64,000 nt of DNA, taken from positions 129 to 64,128 of the IMG/VR virus record IMGVR_UViG_3300033072_000360, one strand, 5' to 3'. This stretch comes from a virus. Its lineage: Duplodnaviria; Caudoviricetes. This document shows, piece after piece, positions 58,794-64,000 of the stretch. Made by a program: the position numbers and the translations under genes. Under the pieces are notes generated by a model. That model saw only the letters and a list, made by a program, of their open reading frames with translations. It was not told the origin of the DNA and searched no databases. Position 1 is the first letter of the stretch. Every line of letters begins with the position of its first letter.

Positions 58794-59172
58794 TATTAAA
58801 AAACCTTTTTATCTTTTCTTTAGTTGTGTCGGTGCCAATTAAGTCTTCGGCATCCATTAATACAAGTAATACGTCATCTAATGATCGACATATTTTTGTC
58901 ATACTTTCATCTGCTAAATCCTGCTGTGCTTTACGCACAGATCCTTTCTCTGTTTTAAGTTCAATACCAATGCCAATCGGCATCTTCCAATTGGCATTGT
59001 GTATATATAGGTCTGGCAAGCCAACAGTGTTACCTTGCCATCCCTTTGGGTAAAACCACGACTTGCAATTCATGCATTGTGTTTTACTTCTAGCTTTGCC
59101 GCTTTCTAAAACGGTATAGCCAAGAATGCGCAATGCGCACACAATTTGATTTTGCAATTCTTTTTCAGTCAT
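58774..59172 (-). CDS. VRR-NUC family nuclease
   Basis: MTEKELQNQI...GLPDL...IELKTEKGSVRKAQ PD-(D/E)xK motif. Confidence 0.85.
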   Translation of the reverse strand: MTEKELQNQIVCALRILGYTVLESGKARSKTQCMNCKSWFYPKGWQGNTVGLPDLYIHNANWKMPIGIGIELKTEKGSVRKAQQDLADESMTKICRSLDDVLLVLMDAEDLIGTDTTKEKIKRFFNNEFRTR

Positions 59173-59247
59173 AGTTTTTTTGTTACTAGTAAATACACTA
59201 CAAAGATAATCCAACTGACTACAAAAGCCATTACTTCGGACACTGGC

Positions 59248-59805
59248 TTATTTTTTTGATTCATATTTTAAGTACTTCCACACAGAGGTGATGTACTTAG
59301 TGGCCGATGTTCCATCTGGGAAATAACTAGCATTTTCTATCTCTAAAGCTGTTCTTGCAGCCATCGGAGATGGAGATCGCAATATTAGTTCTAATACAGA
59401 TGGATAGAGTAATGTGTTGTGTAAAGCAACACGTTCAGATGTTGTCATTTTTGAATGCAATATCTTTGCGTGTTGCTCATAGTTGTCAGCACGAAAAACG
59501 GATTTGGTTTTATCAACAAGAGTTACAGGCTGTCCGGATTCATATACTCCGTAAGCTATTCTTACTTTTTTCCAACATCCGTTAAGTAAAGCAATGATGT
59601 GTGTCCTACTCCACGTTGGCCATGGAGTAGGAGGCATAATTGCATATACGCTAATTTTTGTAGACAGCTGAGATTCAATTATCTTTTGCGTCCATAGCTC
59701 GTACATTAAGATTGCAGTGTATTTATTGCTTACATAAATGAATGAGTCATTCATTGACAGTAAGTAAGCCACAGGTGCATCGTATTTTTTACGAGATTGA
59801 CTCAT
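59248..59805 (-). CDS. hypothetical protein
   Basis: 185-aa ORF, TAATG-coupled. Confidence 0.6.
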   Translation of the reverse strand: MSQSRKKYDAPVAYLLSMNDSFIYVSNKYTAILMYELWTQKIIESQLSTKISVYAIMPPTPWPTWSRTHIIALLNGCWKKVRIAYGVYESGQPVTLVDKTKSVFRADNYEQHAKILHSKMTTSERVALHNTLLYPSVLELILRSPSPMAARTALEIENASYFPDGTSATKYITSVWKYLKYESKK

Positions 59806-60215
59806 TAAAATTTAGGATGATATTTACCAGCTGCTCGCGCAACGCAATGACCACACTTCCACGGCGGAGTCCACGCTCCTTCTAAAAAGGCGTCAACGAC
59901 ATCAACAACTTTAGCTCGTTTTTCTTTGTCCCAATTCTTGTCATCAGCGTTTTTATTGGTACGCCACACAAATGTATCTCCATTTTCATATAACGTGTCT
60001 AATGTTTCAAGATCCATTGCCAATCCAGCAATGTGTTCAGCTGTCAAAATTGCTGCTGGATTAACTCTAAAAGAACATATTTTTAATTTCCATGCTGGCC
60101 AGCTAAGAGTAACTATTTTGTTTGGACCAACTGTAATCTCTATTTTGTCCCAACCATTTTTAAATTCACTTGTAGATGCCATCTCATCAATGATGGTGCT
60201 AATATCGCCTAACAT
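59805..60215 (-). CDS. hypothetical protein
   Basis: 136-aa ORF, AAGGAG RBS. Confidence 0.65.
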   Translation of the reverse strand: MLGDISTIIDEMASTSEFKNGWDKIEITVGPNKIVTLSWPAWKLKICSFRVNPAAILTAEHIAGLAMDLETLDTLYENGDTFVWRTNKNADDKNWDKEKRAKVVDVVDAFLEGAWTPPWKCGHCVARAAGKYHPKF

Positions 60216-60291
60216 ATTTCTCCTTTGTAAAAAACTTTGTGGAGCCTAGATTGCGTTTTAGGCTCCACAAAATGTGATAAATCCCGCGTGC

Positions 60292-60306
60292 ATTATACCG
60301 TAAGTA
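60292..60306 (-). promoter_or_regulatory. promoter motif copy (TACTTACGG-TATAAT) heading the replication operon
   Basis: Exact consensus, in the gap between 60309 and 60215. Confidence 0.75.
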
Positions 60307-60308
60307 AT

Positions 60309-60806
60309 TTACTCACAAGTACACTTGTGTTCCCAGTTCTGGCAATCATTGCACGTTTCAAAGCCCATGAGATAGTAGTCGTCATTTAGAAGGTCATCAC
60401 CTGAACGTTGCTCATGACTGTAACCTTTGGGACCTGCATAGATATCACCAGCAAACATCATGCCGGGTTCTGCGTAACGACAGTGAAACGCAAGATCGGG
60501 AAACATATCAGACATAGTGTGTATCCATGTGTCAGCTGGACCCCACGCAGTATCAAAAGCAATGACGACATGGCCTTCTTTGAAGTCTATGTAGGATGTA
60601 TCACACGCTCCCCATTTAGTACCCCAGTTATCATATTGCCAGTTGACGTTACCAAAACCATTTTCATCTAATGGTTCTGGCACAGACTTATTAAAGTCCA
60701 ATACTGATGTGCTTGTCTCATATTTAGTTGTGTGTAACTCAGCCCAAGCAGACACTTTGTCTGCTGGGCCAGTGATTGTCAGTTCATTCATACACCAATT
60801 AGGCAT
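60309..60806 (-). CDS. DUF1281/YubB (Api92)-like ferredoxin-fold protein
   Basis: MPNWCMNELTITG...LDFN...NWGTKWGA...FDTAWGP...YAEPGMMFAG. Confidence 0.8.
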   Translation of the reverse strand: MPNWCMNELTITGPADKVSAWAELHTTKYETSTSVLDFNKSVPEPLDENGFGNVNWQYDNWGTKWGACDTSYIDFKEGHVVIAFDTAWGPADTWIHTMSDMFPDLAFHCRYAEPGMMFAGDIYAGPKGYSHEQRSGDDLLNDDYYLMGFETCNDCQNWEHKCTCE

Positions 60807-60817
60807 TGTGTTATTCC

Positions 60818-61147
60818 TTATCCGTAAACTAATTCACCAAAACATATTTCTTGTAGCATTGTGTCAATAACGTCTTGATCTACATCTTGCTCCTCCTCAA
60901 ACGAGCGATCTCCAAGCATCCACGCTTTTCGCAACCACAACAATACATCTACTGACGAAACGCAGTGCATTTTGCCTTCATCATCTTGAATGTCAACATG
61001 GAAGTAATCTTTTGCGTTGCCAAGCCAATTGATATTCCAACTATTAATCCATTCGCAATGACGTGCACCTTCATAAATCTGGTCATACCAAAACTCTCGA
61101 TTAATATCGCCTACTATCCACTTAATGTGTGTATCACTTGCTTGCAT
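60818..61147 (-). CDS. hypothetical protein
   Basis: 109-aa ORF, GGAG RBS. Confidence 0.65.
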   Translation of the reverse strand: MQASDTHIKWIVGDINREFWYDQIYEGARHCEWINSWNINWLGNAKDYFHVDIQDDEGKMHCVSSVDVLLWLRKAWMLGDRSFEEEQDVDQDVIDTMLQEICFGELVYG

Positions 61148-61427
61148 TTTTTAACTCCTGTAATGTGTTCCAAATCCTGTCCCAGTTTGTACCAAAGTTA
61201 GCATCAAAGCCTTCGTGTAGTTCATTTACTACGTCAGGCCATTTGTCAATACGTTTGGTTATTTGACGTACTATTTCGTCGTATGAAGGCATGTGATCTC
61301 GTGCTTCACCAACCACAAAATCCCATGGCCCCCATACTTCAATGTAAAACTCCGGGTATTTATTCCGGAGTTCACGCAGCTCTTTGTCAAACGCATTGTC
61401 GCGTTCTGTCCATTGTTCTTCTGTCAT
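61134..61427 (-). CDS. hypothetical protein
   Basis: MTEEQWTER start is TAATG-coupled to the upstream gene. Confidence 0.6.
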   Translation of the reverse strand: MTEEQWTERDNAFDKELRELRNKYPEFYIEVWGPWDFVVGEARDHMPSYDEIVRQITKRIDKWPDVVNELHEGFDANFGTNWDRIWNTLQELKNASK

Positions 61428-61849
61428 TAGTCTTCTCCCCATCCATCTGGCTGTAGTAGTGATGCGTCTGTATACAAGTCTTGACCACTGTACATATCTG
61501 TCCACTCGTTGTATGTACAGTCGTAGATGTACTCAAACATTGCATCATTAAACTCATCAATGTTTGACTCGTGATATGTAGATGCAACAAGCGCACAGAA
61601 CCTCTCGATCTCATCACTTGTTGGTCTGTCAATCTTCATCTGTTTGACAGCCTCGTCAATAAACTCAATGACACGTCGGTCTTCGTAAACAACGCTGACA
61701 TCTGTGAATATCATTTTGCCCACACGTGACATTAACTCTACACCAATGCACGGGGAGAGAAACTCCCCGTCTTCTGTGTAGTGCTGATCACGTGCATAAT
61801 CGTAGTGATCAGTTGACCATTCTTCGTACTCGCATACTGAATAAAACAT
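61427..61849 (-). CDS. acidic hypothetical protein
   Basis: 140-aa ORF, GAGG RBS. Confidence 0.65.
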   Translation of the reverse strand: MFYSVCEYEEWSTDHYDYARDQHYTEDGEFLSPCIGVELMSRVGKMIFTDVSVVYEDRRVIEFIDEAVKQMKIDRPTSDEIERFCALVASTYHESNIDEFNDAMFEYIYDCTYNEWTDMYSGQDLYTDASLLQPDGWGED

Positions 61850-61882
61850 ATTGTGTTACCTCGTGTTTATTTGTTTGTTTAA

Positions 61883-62776
61883 TTAAACCCACTTAGCTGC
61901 AGGGCCGTGGGCGCGGATGACGACATGACTGTCGCCATCACATTGGAGAGATGCAGGACAACCAACACAGGTTGTGTGCATCGGTAGCATATTGCGATAC
62001 GCTCGCATCTCATTGATGAATGGGTCGCTAGGACATTGCTTCATACCCTTGCTGTAAGCTACGTGCCGTCGATTGACGTAGTCATGCTCAGGCAGAACGG
62101 TAAATGTACCCCAACCAGCTTGCTCTGCCTCATACTGGTCGGTGTAGTTATCGCACGACGCTTGCAAAATACCCTTGAATGGTGCAGCAAGTTTGTCACG
62201 CCATTGATGGGTGTAGCCACGATGACCGAGACTGTAACGCAGTAGATCGCCCCACACAGGGAATGGTACTGCTACAGGATCACCATATGACCCAATGCGG
62301 GTCGGTTTGCCAGCAACGACTTGTATGGTTGCAGCAACAGTACTAGACACAATTGGCATTTTGCCTCGCTGGAATGACTCCCATATTGCAGTAACACCTT
62401 TGCCAATGTTGACGTAACAAGTACGCACAAGCTTGCGCTTACCATTGACAATATGTACCTTCCAACCTTTACGGTGTACGCATTTACCACAGATACAGTC
62501 GTCAATCATAAAGTCAATGGCATGTTGCGGATGAATGTCACGCATGATGATGTAGGTCTGCAACATATCACCAGTCTTAATGTTGTAGTCCTCTGGGTTA
62601 TATTGACAGTTGGACATAACAGCAATGATAGGATGGCGCCTGTCAAGCTGTGATGGACCGTTATAGAAACAGTACGAGTTGTACTTTGGTTTCATATGCT
62701 TGCCGTTAGTTACGTTAGTGAAAAGGGCTGGATTTGCATCCAGCCCAAACTTATTTAGGTATTCTCTTGCTGTCAT
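61883..62776 (-). CDS. Cys-rich putative Fe-S protein (GP88/DUF7227-like)
   Basis: NIKTGDMLQTYI, ICGKCVH...TCYV, RIGSYGDP, GYTHQW, CP...TCVGC...C...VIRAHG. Confidence 0.55.
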   Translation of the reverse strand: MTAREYLNKFGLDANPALFTNVTNGKHMKPKYNSYCFYNGPSQLDRRHPIIAVMSNCQYNPEDYNIKTGDMLQTYIIMRDIHPQHAIDFMIDDCICGKCVHRKGWKVHIVNGKRKLVRTCYVNIGKGVTAIWESFQRGKMPIVSSTVAATIQVVAGKPTRIGSYGDPVAVPFPVWGDLLRYSLGHRGYTHQWRDKLAAPFKGILQASCDNYTDQYEAEQAGWGTFTVLPEHDYVNRRHVAYSKGMKQCPSDPFINEMRAYRNMLPMHTTCVGCPASLQCDGDSHVVIRAHGPAAKWV

Positions 62777-63153
62777 TTTGTTACTCCGTCATTCCAAAAC
62801 CAATATTTACTGTATTTGTTGTCGTCTTTCTCAATGATTTCACATATGTAATGTGCCTCCTCCTCACTAATACCATCCCAGCCAATGTTTACACCGACAG
62901 TGCTAAGGTCATCGCATTCGCCTTTGCATTTCTTGCCTCTGCAATCTAGTGCAAAGCCACACTCAATGCGAAACGTCCACGTGTAGTGTGGATCTACTTC
63001 GTCAAGTACGTCGATGCTATATGTTCTGTGTGCGTTGACTGGACAGTCTTTCCACTCGCTGTTGTGCCACTGCAATTCCCAGATGGTTGCTGCAGTTTGC
63101 ATAATCATCTCAGCTGCTGCATGGTAATACTCTTCTTTGTATCTTTTATTCAT
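62773..63153 (-). CDS. hypothetical protein
   Basis: ORF 62773..63183; ATG at 63153 overlaps the upstream stop region. Confidence 0.55.
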   Translation of the reverse strand: MNKRYKEEYYHAAAEMIMQTAATIWELQWHNSEWKDCPVNAHRTYSIDVLDEVDPHYTWTFRIECGFALDCRGKKCKGECDDLSTVGVNIGWDGISEEEAHYICEIIEKDDNKYSKYWFWNDGVTK

Positions 63154-63544
63154 AATGACTCTTTGTTGTGTTTTGATTCTCACCCGGCACCGATTCGATC
63201 GTCATGTAGTATGTCGATGGTCCGTCATATCCGTCATCACTAACGTCTTCACCACGCCGATCAGCGCGTTCCATGTGACGCAGACAATCTTTTCCATCAG
63301 CTATTTTTGATTCGTTATTTAATTGCTTACAACGCTCCTGTAGTTTTTCCATTAGCATTTCTGCTGCCTCACGAGACGAGCATTTGCAATACTCTTTTAG
63401 TATGTGTAAGTATCCCCACCACCCTCCTTCTTCTGGCCCACCGTAATATGATTCGCATTGATAAAGAGAAAGGTAGCACTCTTGTGCTACCTCACGGTCT
63501 TCAATAATCTCATTCCATGCTTGCAGGAATATGCTGTCACTCAT
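63146..63544 (-). CDS. hypothetical protein (YGGPEEGGW family)
   Basis: YLSLYQCESYYGGPEEGGWWGY, a motif I recall from small phage proteins. Confidence 0.6.
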   Translation of the reverse strand: MSDSIFLQAWNEIIEDREVAQECYLSLYQCESYYGGPEEGGWWGYLHILKEYCKCSSREAAEMLMEKLQERCKQLNNESKIADGKDCLRHMERADRRGEDVSDDGYDGPSTYYMTIESVPGENQNTTKSHYE

Positions 63545-63920
63545 CGTTATCATCCTCTTTAGGTTCTATGTATATTTCCTCTCCATGCTTGACTGGCATG
63601 ACTCTATTGCCGTGGCATTTGTAGCACTGCACGTCGTACACGCCTTCAAAATAATCTTCTTCGTAACCGCCATAATACATATCCTCAGCTGTTAGACCAT
63701 CACAATCAACAGAAGGATTAACGTGATGGCCTTTACCATTACATGTATCGCAGGCTTCATATTTAAACCTGTACCAAACTTGTTTATTGTCTTCACTGTC
63801 ATACTTGTGCCTCACTAGCATCTTGCGTTCATCAATATCAATCCACCAACGATCACGACCACCGCGTACACGGTGGTCGTTTTGATAGTTGCGGTCTTCT
63901 AGACTGAACCATTCACTCAT
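63537..63920 (-). CDS. DnaJ-type zinc-finger protein
   Basis: CDTCNGKG...VNPSVD...CYKCHG. Confidence 0.65.
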   Translation of the reverse strand: MSEWFSLEDRNYQNDHRVRGGRDRWWIDIDERKMLVRHKYDSEDNKQVWYRFKYEACDTCNGKGHHVNPSVDCDGLTAEDMYYGGYEEDYFEGVYDVQCYKCHGNRVMPVKHGEEIYIEPKEDDNDE

Positions 63921-64000
63921 TGTTTTAACTCCATTTGTGCACAGATATCCTGTGCTTGTTTCTTAGATTCAACAGTTATTGGCGCAAGCACCTCAGCAAA
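63917..64000 (-). CDS. hypothetical protein (5' end outside the window)
   Basis: ...AEVLAPITVESKKQAQDICAQMELKQ* with ATGA overlap into the next gene. Confidence 0.45.
   Translation of the reverse strand, partial: FAEVLAPITVESKKQAQDICAQMELKQ

Noticed and set aside
1-64000. Stop-codon reassignment
   Set aside because: Standard-code ORFs tile both arms densely, TAG/TGA/TAA all end genes at sensible boundaries, and neither tRNA is a suppressor.
1-64000. Integrase, repressor-type lysogeny module, diversity-generating retroelement or intron
   Set aside because: No recombinase or reverse transcriptase motifs, no template/variable repeat pair, and terL, dnaB and thyX appear uninterrupted; the part of the genome outside the window cannot be assessed.

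Overview
The window is most of a tailed dsDNA phage genome, probably podovirus-like: it has a P22-like portal, a nozzle-like tail protein and three ejection-type genes, and I found no tape measure or tail tube gene. No integrase, CRISPR array or reverse transcriptase was seen. Layout: (i) 1-3.2 kb and 53.8-64 kb are minus-strand arms of small orphan 'early' genes plus a replication/recombination block (DnaB, loader, initiator, LmbU-like, Gam-like, annealing protein, VRR-NUC). (ii) A G-rich divergence zone lies at about 3.2-3.5 kb. (iii) 3.5-8 kb holds two tRNAs and nucleotide-metabolism genes (thermonuclease-like, thyX, dut, DUF3310-like, ssb, LuxR-type HTH). (iv) 8-53.8 kb is a plus-strand morphogenesis operon with two giant proteins (2456 and about 4322 aa, together about a third of the window), a tandemly duplicated three-gene tail cassette and a CHAP endolysin. 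The most unusual signals are a conserved TACTTACGG-TATAAT promoter motif marking a DNA-metabolism regulon, a 43-nt tRNA minihelix (acceptor plus T arm only) at an early gene junction, repeated terminator-plus-hairpin modules between early genes, and a giant orphan gene placed upstream of the terminase. All family assignments come from motif recognition by eye, not database searches.
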